A stretch of DNA of 64,000 nt, taken from an uncultured Nitrospiraceae bacterium (GTDB lineage Bacteria > Nitrospirota > Thermodesulfovibrionia > Thermodesulfovibrionales > Dissulfurispiraceae). The DNA lies in the NCBI GenBank assembly GCA_963727805.1, contig CAVSHF010000003.1, positions 128,001 through 192,000 of the forward strand. Reading direction: 5' to 3'. Positions 20,897-31,566 of this stretch are shown one piece after another; position 1 is the stretch's first letter; each line of letters starts with the position of its first letter. The notes under the pieces were generated by a model. The model worked only from the letters and a program-made list of their open reading frames with translations, made no database searches and had not been told where the DNA came from. The position numbers and the translations under genes were made by a program.

Positions 20897-21757
20897 TTAC
20901 CAGCCCAGCAGACCCTGCGGCCTTATCCAGATTGTTATGAGATATATCATGAAAACAATGGCGTATTTATAAGATGGGTCAAAGAAAAAGCCGCCTAATG
21001 TCTGAGCCAAACCCACGAGTATTCCGGCAATAAATGCCCCCTCAATGCTGCCGAACCCGCCGAGTGCCACGACACAAAAAGCGATAGTCCCAAACAAGCC
21101 TCCTACCTGAGGATAAACGTAGTAATACGTGGAAAGGAAGCCCCCTGCCATTCCGACAAGGGCCGCACCAATTCCGAAAGAGAGCGAGTTGATGCGCTCG
21201 GTATTAATCCCCATGAGAAGGGCCGCCTCGCGGTCCATCTCCGTTGCCAGAATCGCCTTGCCGGTTCTTGTCCTCTGCAGGAAAAAAAACATGCAGACAG
21301 AGGCGATTACGCTGCCGACGGAGGCTGCAACTTTAGGGATGCTCAGGGCTATGCCTCCGATGTGCCACGTACCTTGTAGTATTGTGGCAGGCAAAAGCCG
21401 AAAATCAGGAGTCCAGAAATAAACGGCCAGATTGGAGATAAAGATACTCACTCCGAAGGTCACTACCAACTGGGCCAGCATGGGACCCCGCATCACCTTG
21501 CTTACAATGAAGCGGTAAATCAGCAAGCCCATGATAAACATGCCTACAAAACATATTGGAATGGAAAAGATCGGGTCGATGCCGTATAAGGTAAAGAGCC
21601 AGAAGGAGGTAAACATGCCAAGCATCAGGAATTCGCCGTGGGCGAAATTCACGATATTCATGACACCCCAGATAAGCGTCAAGCCTATGGCGATCAGTGA
21701 ATACATCAAGCCGATTAATAAACCATCGGCAAGCTGCTGAAGCAATTGATCAGGCAT
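20897..21757 (-). CDS. livH: HAAT ABC transporter permease (LivH-like)
   Basis: GLTLIWGVMNIVNFAHGEF, LGGFGSI.GA, RPQGLLG. Confidence 0.92.
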   Translation of the reverse strand: MPDQLLQQLADGLLIGLMYSLIAIGLTLIWGVMNIVNFAHGEFLMLGMFTSFWLFTLYGIDPIFSIPICFVGMFIMGLLIYRFIVSKVMRGPMLAQLVVTFGVSIFISNLAVYFWTPDFRLLPATILQGTWHIGGIALSIPKVAASVGSVIASVCMFFFLQRTRTGKAILATEMDREAALLMGINTERINSLSFGIGAALVGMAGGFLSTYYYVYPQVGGLFGTIAFCVVALGGFGSIEGAFIAGILVGLAQTLGGFFFDPSYKYAIVFMIYLITIWIRPQGLLGW

Positions 21758-21772
21758 GGAGCCGTTCCGCTC

Positions 21773-23047
21773 CTACTTTCTTCCTTCCCATGCAGGAAAC
21801 GGCCAGACTACCGCCTTCGAAGCTGAATCAAAAGGCCAAATCGTTACATATTCCTGATTGAGTATCTGCACAAGCGTTCCCCGCGCGTAGATGTTCTGGT
21901 GTGATTGCGGGTCGAACTTGATTCCCTTCCATGGGTAGATAGTGTGGTTGCCGGGGATATCAGTATCTTGCAGAGCTTTCACGATGGCTTCCGGAGCTGT
22001 GGACTTCGCCCGGTTGATGGCCTCGGCAAGGACAAATGGGGCCATAAAGCTCCGGGCGGCATTTTCACTCATGTCTATGCCATATTTCTTTCTGAAAAGT
22101 TCGTTGACCTTGGCCACGAGTGGTTTTTTCTTGGCAAGATCGAGCGCAAAAGTCGACCGGACAATCATGTAGTTGCCATCAGCTTTTATTGCCGCCAGGT
22201 AGCCCGGCTCGATATAACCCGCCATAGTCATAATGCCTTTAGGTTGAAAGCCTTTTTCCTTAAAAGTTCTGGTAAAGAGAATGGCATCTGTCACATACGA
22301 AGCATGCATCAGCACGTCCGGCTTGCTTACGATTAGCTTGCTCACCTCGCTGGACACGTCTGTTGCGTTGGCTGGGTAAGCTATATCAGCAACAACTTTA
22401 TAGCCGAATTCGGCGGCATATTTTTTGTATGCCTTGCCGGCATTGGAGCCGAATTCAGTATTTTCGTAAAGGACAGCGACATTATGAACCGCCTGTCCGG
22501 TCTTCTTTTCAAGGTCCTTCAGGAACTGGAACTGGTCCCGGGCAAAAATATCGTCGTGGGGGCTAACCCTGAAAAAGTACTTGTATCCCCTTTCCGTAAG
22601 TGTAGGAGATGAAGAATCGGAGCATACGTATGGAATTCTCAGCCTTTCGGTAATCTGGCTGGCAGTTTTCGTTACGGCACTCTGGTAGGCCCCGATCATG
22701 GCAACTACCTTTTCCGAGGTGATCAGCCTTTCGGCCTCGGACATGCCGTTTTTCGGGTCCCCTTTGGTATCGGCATATACAATTTCGATTTTTGCACCAC
22801 CCAAGTTCGGCAGCCCCGCACTCTCCGCCAAGGGAAGATCAAGACTGTATTTCCCGTTAATAATATCCACCGCCAGATCGACTCCCCTCCTGCAATCCAG
22901 ACCAGTTGAGGCGATATTGCCAGTCAGGGGATAGACTGCGCCGATTTTGATGACCTGCTGCTGTGATTGCGCGGAAACGGAAAAAACTAAGATCAGCAAC
23001 AACGATAATGCGACGGACAAAACTCTGATAGACTTATTCGATGCCAT
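21773..23047 (-). CDS. HAAT ABC transporter substrate-binding protein (LivK/J-like)
   Basis: Signal peptide, IKIGAVYPLTG, GAYQSAVT, YFFR, ENTEFG; probable start MASNK at 23047. Confidence 0.92.
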   Translation of the reverse strand: MASNKSIRVLSVALSLLLILVFSVSAQSQQQVIKIGAVYPLTGNIASTGLDCRRGVDLAVDIINGKYSLDLPLAESAGLPNLGGAKIEIVYADTKGDPKNGMSEAERLITSEKVVAMIGAYQSAVTKTASQITERLRIPYVCSDSSSPTLTERGYKYFFRVSPHDDIFARDQFQFLKDLEKKTGQAVHNVAVLYENTEFGSNAGKAYKKYAAEFGYKVVADIAYPANATDVSSEVSKLIVSKPDVLMHASYVTDAILFTRTFKEKGFQPKGIMTMAGYIEPGYLAAIKADGNYMIVRSTFALDLAKKKPLVAKVNELFRKKYGIDMSENAARSFMAPFVLAEAINRAKSTAPEAIVKALQDTDIPGNHTIYPWKGIKFDPQSHQNIYARGTLVQILNQEYVTIWPFDSASKAVVWPFPAWEGRK

Positions 23048-23458
23048 CACACTCTTCCTCCTACTCGTATTTTTCATTTCCAACCCTATACGTTTCACAG
23101 GATTTTGGCAGAAATAGTTGAACTGTCTCGAACAGAGAAATTAAAAGGTTGCCTACTGTCGGAATCTCTTTCATCGATAAGAAAATAACAATAAACGCAT
23201 CAAAATACAATGGCGTGAATTAACAAAACTGGACAGATTATGGGGTTGCCAAAGTTCCGCACGAGTAACACTAATGGGTTAGACCCTGCCCGTCATCCGA
23301 TAGCTGTCATGTCCCTGCCCCCATTTTAGAGGAGATTAACCGGCTATTTACCTTTAGGATCTGTAGCCAGGGTTCAGTAATAAACTCCTGATTGCAGGCA
23401 TGACTCGATGCCTCTTGTTCACTGAGTCCCTCCGTGGGTCAGTGGAAACTTTTCCCGG

Positions 23459-23486
23459 TTGACAAAGAACAACACAATGATAACAT
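23459..23486 (+). promoter_or_regulatory. Putative sigma70 promoter of the beta-hydroxyacid dehydrogenase gene
   Basis: TTGACA, 16-bp spacer, TGn-TAACAT, about 30 bp upstream of the start. Confidence 0.45.
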
Positions 23487-23516
23487 TGAAGTATACCAAT
23501 TTAGAAAGGACAATAA

Positions 23517-24356
23517 ATGATGATAATTTCAGTGTTAGGGTTAGGCATTATCGGAAGCGCCTGGGCGAAAAATCTGATCTCAGATGGCCATGCCGTGCGA
23601 TGCTGGAACCGGACGCCTAAAGATTTCCCCAACTTTTACGCATCCATTCAGGAAGCGGTAGAAGGAGCGAAGGTGATCTTTATCGTCGTCGCCGATCCTC
23701 CGGCAGTGCAGTCCGTTCTGGATAAGATTCAACCCAAGCTTGGCAGCGGAGTATTGGTGATCCAATCAAGCACAATTTCCGCCAAATGGACTCGACTCTT
23801 TGCCGAACAGGTGCAGCGGACAGGCGCATTGTTTTTAGAAGCGCCCTTCACAGGAAGCAAACTTGCAGCGGAGCGGCGTCAAACCGTTTATTATCTGGGT
23901 GGTGTACCGGAAGTCGTCGATAAGGCGCGCCCAGTTCTCGAACCTATATCTAGTGCCATCCTCCATATCGGACCGCTAGGTTCCGCCAGTTCGCTGAAGC
24001 TTGCGATGAACTTGAACATTGCCGGCGTCGCCCAAGCTTTGTGCGAGAGCCTGTCTTTGTGCCGGGCGGCGGGAATCCCAGATGAAGTCTATTTCAATGC
24101 ACTTGCGCGAAATGCTTCCCGTTCGGGAGTTTCGGATCTCAAAGAACCTAAGCTGCGTCAGCGCGATTACACCCCGCAGTTTTCACTCAAGCACATGGCG
24201 AAAGATCTTCGCCTGGCATTGGAGACCGCTGCCGATCTCGCATTGTCACTCGAACAAACCGGACATCTTAAAAAAATCTACGACCAGGGAATGTCAGCCG
24301 GGTGGGCGGATGATGACTTCATCGGACTCATGCGGCTCCTGGATGAAAAACCATGA
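23517..24356 (+). CDS. NAD(P)-dependent beta-hydroxyacid dehydrogenase (3-hydroxyisobutyrate dehydrogenase / tartronate semialdehyde reductase family)
   Basis: GLGIIG, WNRT, SSTI, EAPFTGS, catalytic K in SLKLAMN, F.LKHMAKDL. Confidence 0.9.
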   Translation: MMIISVLGLGIIGSAWAKNLISDGHAVRCWNRTPKDFPNFYASIQEAVEGAKVIFIVVADPPAVQSVLDKIQPKLGSGVLVIQSSTISAKWTRLFAEQVQRTGALFLEAPFTGSKLAAERRQTVYYLGGVPEVVDKARPVLEPISSAILHIGPLGSASSLKLAMNLNIAGVAQALCESLSLCRAAGIPDEVYFNALARNASRSGVSDLKEPKLRQRDYTPQFSLKHMAKDLRLALETAADLALSLEQTGHLKKIYDQGMSAGWADDDFIGLMRLLDEKP

Positions 24357-24670
24357 GGTTTGATTTATGTCTGCCTAAGGGTAGCACGGATATAATGGGT
24401 AGGGCTTGCATTACTGCCCTTCAGTTGCAAAGCCAAGATTCATAGAGTGAAAATAAAGAGTACATTTCAGGTACTGTAAACACTGAGAAATATTAACGGC
24501 ATTCCTCATTACCGTATGGGCTCACAAGTCTGCGAACTGCAAATGGAAATGATTATATTGCAACGCAATAGGAACTCGTTATACAGTTACTAATGGAGTT
24601 GAAAATAGTGCCTCCTACGTGCACTATAATAGAGACGATTAATCCAAATAAAAGTTTAATGGAGGCGATC

Positions 24671-25069
24671 ATGGCAACAGCGAAGAAGTCTAAGCAGCTG
24701 AGCATCGAGATGCCGAACAGAGTGGGATTGCTCGCGGCAGTCGGTACCACACTTTCAAAGGCTAAGGTCAACATCGAAGCCCTCTGCGCATACGAGATGG
24801 CAGGCACGGCCTATTTCATGCTGATTATTACCGAGCCGGCGAAGGGAAAGAAGGCGCTTGCAACTCTGGGCGGCAACATAACCCTCGACGATGTGATCAC
24901 CGTCGAGATCCCAAACAAGAGAGGAGCGATCGAAAAAGTCGCCGGGAAGATCGCGGAAGTCGGGATCGACATCGTATACATATACGGCACCGCAGGCAAC
25001 TGCAGGAACCCTCTTTGCGTCATAAAGACGACCGATGACAAGAAGGCTTTGAAGGCCCTTAACAAGTAG
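24671..25069 (+). CDS. Tandem ACT-domain protein
   Basis: KQLSIEMPNRVGLL..V...L....VNI and a second ACT repeat; GGAGG upstream of ATG 24671. Confidence 0.85.
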   Translation: MATAKKSKQLSIEMPNRVGLLAAVGTTLSKAKVNIEALCAYEMAGTAYFMLIITEPAKGKKALATLGGNITLDDVITVEIPNKRGAIEKVAGKIAEVGIDIVYIYGTAGNCRNPLCVIKTTDDKKALKALNK

Positions 25070-25210
25070 GACTCTATACTGCTGTTAAGGCATTATCTTG
25101 ACGGCAAGACGGAGAGGATTACCGGTGGTGCTGGTAGAAAAGGTGATAATCGCGATGCCTCGACGGGTTGAGCGGCCTAATGGCCGTATCCCTGCGAAGG
25201 CATATGACTA

Positions 25211-25495
25211 TCAGCTCAGGTGTTTATTGACTAATTTTGTCATCTCAAACATCGAGACCTGGTGCTTCCCGTCGAATACGGCCAAAAGATTCTCATCTGC
25301 ATTGATATTTCTCTTGTTCTTTGCATCCTGAAGATTATTTTTCTTTATATATTCCCAGAGCTTCTTGGTTATAACTGTCCTTGGAAGTGGCTCATTACCC
25401 ACTATCTTTGCCAACGCCTCACTCGGCTTCATAGCCTTCATAAATGCCGGATTAGGGGCTCTATATTTTGAATCTTTCCTTTCCGATTCTTTCAT
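25211..25495 (-). CDS. Stand-alone SWIB/MDM2-domain protein
   Basis: FMK..KPS..LAKIVG..PLPRT..TKKLWEYIKKNNLQD..NKR.I.AD..L..VF..VSMFEM. Confidence 0.93.
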   Translation of the reverse strand: MKESERKDSKYRAPNPAFMKAMKPSEALAKIVGNEPLPRTVITKKLWEYIKKNNLQDAKNKRNINADENLLAVFDGKHQVSMFEMTKLVNKHLS

Positions 25496-25697
25496 TATTA
25501 TTCTCCTTATGTTTGTAGATTTAACGTCTGAATTCCTTTATTTCAGAACGTAGGTCTTCTAAAAGTATACACAAATCCAGCCCAAAAGTGAGATATTCTA
25601 TATTGAGCGGGCAGAACGTATTCGATCAGTGCTAGATCGGAAGCGTAAGGTTCTCCTGTCTGTCCCCGGCGAGAGATCGCAGCCGACCCTCAGACTG

Positions 25698-25823
25698 GAC
25701 TACGCTTAGTTTACTATTCTGCCTCTGTAACAATTAACGCTTGTATCTCGCAGAGCGTGAATTATCCTCCGTCGTATCAATTTCTGTGCGAATCTGTCGC
25801 CGAAATGACAACACCTGAGAGTC
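25698..25823 (-). repeat. 126-bp dispersed repeat, copy 2
   Basis: Reverse-complement match to 14637-14762. Confidence 0.95.
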
Positions 25824-26123
25824 TTCAGTGGTGGTAGAAACACAAATTTGATGGTTACTGAAATAATATGACAATTCCGTGCACTCGACGGCCGAGATAT
25901 CCTTCCCGTGAGTCACACAAACAGAACATGATATAATTATCAGTAGGAAAAGTAGTAACAGGAGGAGTGTTATCCAGATGATGAATACCATGAACGAAAT
26001 ATTAGACTACAAATATCCGCGAATGCGCCTTTGACACCAGCAATGCCTGAGCGACGCATTAGATTGACGCCGAATGAAACATATTCGTCACGACGATAAA
26101 ATTCTCGATTAACGGAGGTGGTT

Positions 26124-27152
26124 ATGCCGGTAGCTGATTACAAGATCTATTGTCAGATGCTCGATAGGGCGCGGGGGCAACACTTTGCCTACCCCGCCAT
26201 CAACGTGACATCGCTCACGACTGCAAATGCTGTTCTCGAGGGCCTTGCCGAAAGCAAGAGCGACGGCATCATCCAGGTCTCGACTGGCGGCGGAGCCTTT
26301 GCGTCGGGATCTTCCTTAAAGGACATGGCTCTTGGGGCAATCTCGATTGCCGAACATGTGCATCGCGCGGCGGAACGCTATCCGGTCTATGTCGCCCTCC
26401 ATACAGACCACTGTCAGGCGGACAAACTGGACAAGTTTGTCATTCCTCTTGTGGAGGAGACCGAAAGGCGGAGGGCAGCGGGCAGGTCTAACCTCTTCAA
26501 CAGCCATATGTTCGATGGAAGCGCCCTGCCGCTCAAAGAGAACCTCGATATTTCAATCAAGCTACTGGAACGCTTCCATAGAAATGAACTCATCCTCGAG
26601 ATCGAAGCCGGGGTTGTCGGCGGAGAGGAGGACGGCGTGAAGGGTGAGGCAGGTGTGAAGCTCTACACGACATCTGAGGACACCCTTGAGGTTGCTCGGC
26701 AGTTGAATGCCATCAAGGGCGCTCGGTATCTCCTTGCTGCGACTTTCGGCAATGTCCATGGCGTCTACAAGCCCGGCCACGTCAAGCTTAAGCCCTCAAT
26801 CCTGAAGGACTGCCAGGATGCCGTTGCGAAGGAGTACGGTGAAAAGGCGCGTTTTTATCTTGTCTTTCACGGCGGCTCAGGCTCGGAACTGCGAGACATT
26901 CATGAGGCGATCGATTACGGTGTCGTCAAGATGAATGTGGACACCGACACCCAGTATGCCTTCACCCGTTTGATCGCTAACCATATGCTGAAGAACTACA
27001 ATGGCGTTCTTAAGGTGGATGGAGAGATGGGGGACAAGAAGGCCTATGATCCCCGAACATACCTCGCCCTGGCCGAATCTGCCATGGCAGAGCGGGTCAA
27101 ACAGGCGGTGAGCGATCTACGGGCTGTCGGAACCACTATGTTTAAAAAATAG
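26124..27152 (+). CDS. fbaA: Class II fructose-bisphosphate aldolase
   Basis: AYPAIN, LHTDHC, SHMFDGS, GGEEDG, FGNVHGVYKPG, VFHGGSG, KMNVDTD, KKAYDPR. Confidence 0.95.
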   Translation: MPVADYKIYCQMLDRARGQHFAYPAINVTSLTTANAVLEGLAESKSDGIIQVSTGGGAFASGSSLKDMALGAISIAEHVHRAAERYPVYVALHTDHCQADKLDKFVIPLVEETERRRAAGRSNLFNSHMFDGSALPLKENLDISIKLLERFHRNELILEIEAGVVGGEEDGVKGEAGVKLYTTSEDTLEVARQLNAIKGARYLLAATFGNVHGVYKPGHVKLKPSILKDCQDAVAKEYGEKARFYLVFHGGSGSELRDIHEAIDYGVVKMNVDTDTQYAFTRLIANHMLKNYNGVLKVDGEMGDKKAYDPRTYLALAESAMAERVKQAVSDLRAVGTTMFKK

Positions 27153-27559
27153 TACAACTCATATGGATAACAGATCTCTATTTCACGATTCATCTTCTCC
27201 GCAGTTAAAGATTGCGTATGTGGGGTACTATCGGAAATATAGTTCCCTTGGATGTTAACTGCTTCTAATCGTCTGCACTCGAGAAACATAATAAAAAAAA
27301 CCAAGATATTCACTTGGACCAAGGACGCAGACACATCTTTGACGAAGTTGAAAAATGTAAAGAACTGTTAGGGACAGGTCACAAGTTGCTGATATGACCC
27401 GTTTTACAGCTATAGCAAGTTGTGGGTGAAGACAGTCGGAATCCAGGCCAGCCCTCTTTACTCATGTCTTGGGAAAGCACATTCTTACCGGTGGGTTGCA
27501 TTACAGCGATCGTTTTGTCCCAAATGAGAGTTTCTCAAAAGATCCGGCTGTCAGAGGTC

Positions 27560-29625
27560 TTATTCCCCAGCACTGAACAACACCACGATTGAATGTGGTT
27601 GTACGAGATACTTACGGGCCTGCACAACCGGCGCGTCATCCCATTCTAGGATGTCCTCCGGCGATTCAAGAAAAGTATCTATGCACCGTCTCCACTGGTT
27701 CGCCGCAGTGGGCGGGATTTCAAACTGAAGAGGTTCTGTATAGGCATGCATCATCACATGGGTCTGCAGGTTCTTTGCACTGTTAAAGGCAGTAAAGGCA
27801 AGACTATGAGAGTATTCTGCCCAATCAGGGTTATCAAGCCTGACGCCATGCCATTTGACCTGTGCCTGAGCAAGAAGTTCGTTCAGGCTCAGGTCGTCAT
27901 CCCCTTCGGGGTTCAGGCGGCGCAGCCTGAAAGCGATCAGTTCTTTAACAAAACGGTGGAGGCCCTTATGCTTGTCACACAGGCTCCAGTCAAACCAGCT
28001 CAGTTCATTGTCCTGGCAGTAGGCATTGTTGTTGCCGAGCTGGGTCCGTCTTGTTTCATCCCCCATCAGAAGCATGGGTGTGCCAAGGGCAATGAGGTTA
28101 AGCGTAAGAAAGTTTTTTATCTGCATACATCGTAACTTCTCAACCCCAGGGTCATCGGTTGGACCTTCAAAGCCGCAGTTCCAGCTCAGGTTATTGTCAT
28201 TGCCATCCCGGTTTCTTTCCCCGTTTGCGAGGTTGTACTTTTCAGAGTACGTAACGAGGTCGTTCAAGGTAAATCCATCATGACAGGTAACGAAATTTAT
28301 GCTCTGCTCTGATTCAAGTTCTTCATGGCCGAATATGTCCGGGCTGGCAAGCAGGCGGGCTGAGAGTTTTGAGACAGAGCCGTCGTCCCCTCTCACGAAG
28401 CTCCTGATATCGTCCCGGAACTTCCCGTTCCATTCCTTCCAGCTGTCGCTTATGAAAGAGCCGAGTTGATAGAGGCCACCCGCGTCCCATGCCTCAGCAA
28501 TAAGTTTTATCCCGGCAAGCACGGGGTCTGTCTCTATATCAAGTAAAAGAGGCGGCTTTGCTAGCGGCCTGCCCTTCTCATCCCGTGAGAGTATAGACGC
28601 CAGGTCAAACCTGAACCCATCCACATGCATTACCTGCACCCAGTAGCGGAGGCTATCAAGGATCATCCTCCTAACGATAGTCTGGTTTGTGTTAAGGGTA
28701 TTGCCGGTCCCGGAATAGTCGGCATAACGTGTCTGATCAGTCTCGAGCATGTAATAGACGCTGTTTTCAAGGCCGCGCCAGCACAGTATAGGCCCTGTAT
28801 GATCGCCCTCGGCAGTGTGATTATAAACCACATCCAAAATGACCTCTATACCTGCCCTGTGCAGGGCCTTTACCATATCGCGGAATTCATTAAACGGCCC
28901 AAGATGGTCCTTCCGTGAGCTGTAACCCCGATGCGGTGCAAAGAATGAGATCGGACAATATCCCCAGTAATTGACAAGCCCCTGGGGGCAGTCCTGTGGG
29001 TCAAACTGGAAGACCGGCAGCAGTTCAACCGCAGTAACACCGAGGTCCTTCAGATACGGGATTTTCTGAGTTATGCCAGCGTATGTCCCCCTTTTTCGGG
29101 CTGAACGCCCGAATTTTGATGCTTGGTAAAGCCTGCGACATGCACCTCGTAGATGACTGTTTTTGAAAAGGGTCTCCTGAGGGGTCTGTCGTTCTCCCAG
29201 TTATAGCCTCGGAGGTCTATAGCGATACTCTTCATCGCCGTGGCACAGTTATCCCCCGGCAGGCTCGCCTTTAAGCGGTCATAGCCATCAGGCACGGCCA
29301 CCGCTTTTGCGTAAGGATCAAGAAGAACCTTTTCAGGGTCGAACCTGAACCCCTTGCTCTGTTCTGAGGGCCCGTATGCTCGGTAACCATATATCTGCCC
29401 GTGTCCGATCCCTCCAACAAACACATGCCAGTAGTGGTAAGTATTGTTAGTTTTCGGACAGAGACGGATGACCTGGGACGGCCTCATGTCATCGGCATTA
29501 TCAAAAAGTAGGAGTTCTATCGCAGTGGCGCTTTTTGAAAAAACGCTGAAGTTGGCTCCGTCAGGATAGACTACGGAGCCAAGCGGATAACTGCTGCCAC
29601 TGGCTGTATTTGCGGGCATATTCAT
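27560..29625 (-). pseudogene. glgX: Glycogen debranching enzyme GlgX, split by a single-base frameshift
   Basis: N-part (YPLG..GANFSVFS, LLDPYA, IYEVHV.GFT) and C-part (DVVYNH, DGFRFDLA, EAWD, HDGFTL); one base missing at the C5T5 run 29087-29096, restoring it gives EKRGTYAGI..KIPYLKDLGVTAVELLPV..NYWGY. Confidence 0.9.
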
Positions 29626-30020
29626 TCAGTCTTTGGATCCTTTTGCAAGCTAATGTTGAAAAGCTCTAATGTTTTTAAAGAGTAACATAAACTGAAATTA
29701 ATTTGCGTCTGCCCATAAGAGTCTCTTGCAAAAGTATGTTTGGTGCTTCCCTTTAGCCCTGACGCTTTAGGAGTGCTATGGGCATTAAGGATAAACTCGA
29801 TATTGTCGCAGTTCAATTGCTGCAACGCGCATGCCGCAATTACTAGGTCTGCAGTGGAAGAGTTTTTCCTGCCTTTCTTGATTCACGGGCGAAGCTTGTT
29901 GACGTCTGCCGGGCAGCCGAAGTCGTCTGCAGGCAAGTACATATTTCTCCTCACTGTATACTTTTCCGGTGTGTGCTACAATAAATTCTACTTGGTAGAT
30001 GCCAAGGGAAATATAGTACT

Positions 30021-31133
30021 ATGAATAATAAAGCTGCGGATGATCTTATCAGCATTGCCGGCCGGTTTACGACAATCGGTACAGTCACAGCCGTTCAGTC
30101 CTTCGGGAACGGCAATATCAACGACACGTTCCTCGTGACACTCGATTCCGGAAAAGAACGACGCTTTATTCTCCAGCGCCTCAATACACGTGTTTTCAAC
30201 CGTCCAGAGCTGGTTATGCAAAACATACGCACTGCCACCGAACATATCCATACGCGGTTGTTGAGTGTTCTACTGGACGAGGGCCGACGCTGGAAGACTC
30301 CATGCGTGCTTCTTTCCCGTGACGGGCAAGACAACTGGATCGACGCACAAGGCTCGTTCTGGCGTGCAATCAGTTTTATAGAGGACTCTGAGACATTCGA
30401 TACCATCCAGAGCATATCGCATGCGGAGGAGGTTGGGTTTGCGCTCGGGATGTTTCATAAACTCGTCAGCGACCTGCCGTCCGAAATGCTTTCAGATACG
30501 CTGGAAGGGTTCCACATTGCGCCCCGCTATCTCTTGCACTTTGACGAAGTCTTGAGAGGAAATCAGCCTGGCAGTTCGCTGGAAATAGGATATTGCCTTC
30601 AGTTCATCGACAAGTGGCGGTTACGCGCGGACGTGCTCGAAGAGGCAAAAGCACGCGGCGATCTTCGCATCCTAACAATGCACGGCGATCCCAAGATCAA
30701 CAATGTTATGATAGACACCGCAACGCAGCAGGCCGTCGGTATGGTCGATCTCGATACAGTCAAGCCCGGACTCGTACATTATGACATCGGCGACTGTCTC
30801 CGTTCCGCGTGCAATCCTCTGGGTGAGGAGATCGAGCACTGGGAGACGGTCCGCTTCGAGCCTGATCTCTGCCGGGCCATTCTGCGCGGTTATCTCCCCC
30901 AGGCACGAAGCTTTCTCGCGGCAGATGACTATGAATATCTGTTTGATGCGGTCCGCCTCATCGCATTCGAGCTCGGCCTGCGCTTCTTCACTGACTATCT
31001 GGAAGGCGATGTCTATTTCAAGTCGAGGTACGAAGGTCAAAATCTGCTAAGGGCACTCATTCAGTTCAGGCTTGCCGAGAGCATCGAATCGCAGGAGACA
31101 GCCATCCGCGCCATCATCAGCGAATTTAGATGA
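30021..31133 (+). CDS. Aminoglycoside-phosphotransferase-fold sugar kinase (N-acetylhexosamine kinase-like)
   Basis: GNGNINDTF, ILQRLN, HGDPKINN, DLDTV, ELGLRFFTDYL. Confidence 0.85.
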   Translation: MNNKAADDLISIAGRFTTIGTVTAVQSFGNGNINDTFLVTLDSGKERRFILQRLNTRVFNRPELVMQNIRTATEHIHTRLLSVLLDEGRRWKTPCVLLSRDGQDNWIDAQGSFWRAISFIEDSETFDTIQSISHAEEVGFALGMFHKLVSDLPSEMLSDTLEGFHIAPRYLLHFDEVLRGNQPGSSLEIGYCLQFIDKWRLRADVLEEAKARGDLRILTMHGDPKINNVMIDTATQQAVGMVDLDTVKPGLVHYDIGDCLRSACNPLGEEIEHWETVRFEPDLCRAILRGYLPQARSFLAADDYEYLFDAVRLIAFELGLRFFTDYLEGDVYFKSRYEGQNLLRALIQFRLAESIESQETAIRAIISEFR

Positions 31134-31566
31134 ATCAACTGACCTCTTCCCGCAGATATTCCTCTCGGATCTTCCCGTCCCCTGTATATTGGACAGACAA
31201 TAAAAGGCAATGCATTTTGCCATCGACTTCGGATGTTATGAGCGTATTATGCAGCTACAGGTGATTGCTTGAGAGAAGAGAGTTTCAATATGATATCGAA
31301 AAACTTGATTCCGATCCCCATTGTGTGAGAATTGCCCATTATATTTCTAGCCCTTTCTATAATGGAATGATTCCCCTCGCAAGGTCGCTTTTCATTTTCA
31401 AGAAAACCTATAACGTATTAGGTGAGATGAGAAGTATATTCCTTTATTCGATTGTCTCAATTAATGTGACAGAGAGGTGACTCAATTTTCCCGTAATAGC
31501 AAATTGCTTGGGAGGGGGTATCGCTGATATGGTTTATGTTCGATAAACTCCTGTGTCTAGGTCAGC

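Noticed and set aside
15302..23355. 14-bp direct repeat GGCTATTTACCTTT (15302-15315 and 23342-23355) flanking the liv-larA-kinase operon, a possible att site
   Set aside because: Several 14-mer matches are expected by chance in 64 kb and no integrase or tRNA is nearby
25734..25991. 85-aa ORF running into repeat copy 2
   Set aside because: The equivalent frame in copy 1 has a stop and unrelated upstream sequence, so the repeat is unlikely to be a conserved coding segment
23270..27405. Short motifs (AATGGGTTAGACCCT, TGTCCCTGCCCCCATTT, AATGGGTAGGGCTTGCATT, GGGACAGGTCAC) at module junctions, resembling flanks of REP-associated transposases
   Set aside because: Too short and divergent to define a repeat family from this window alone
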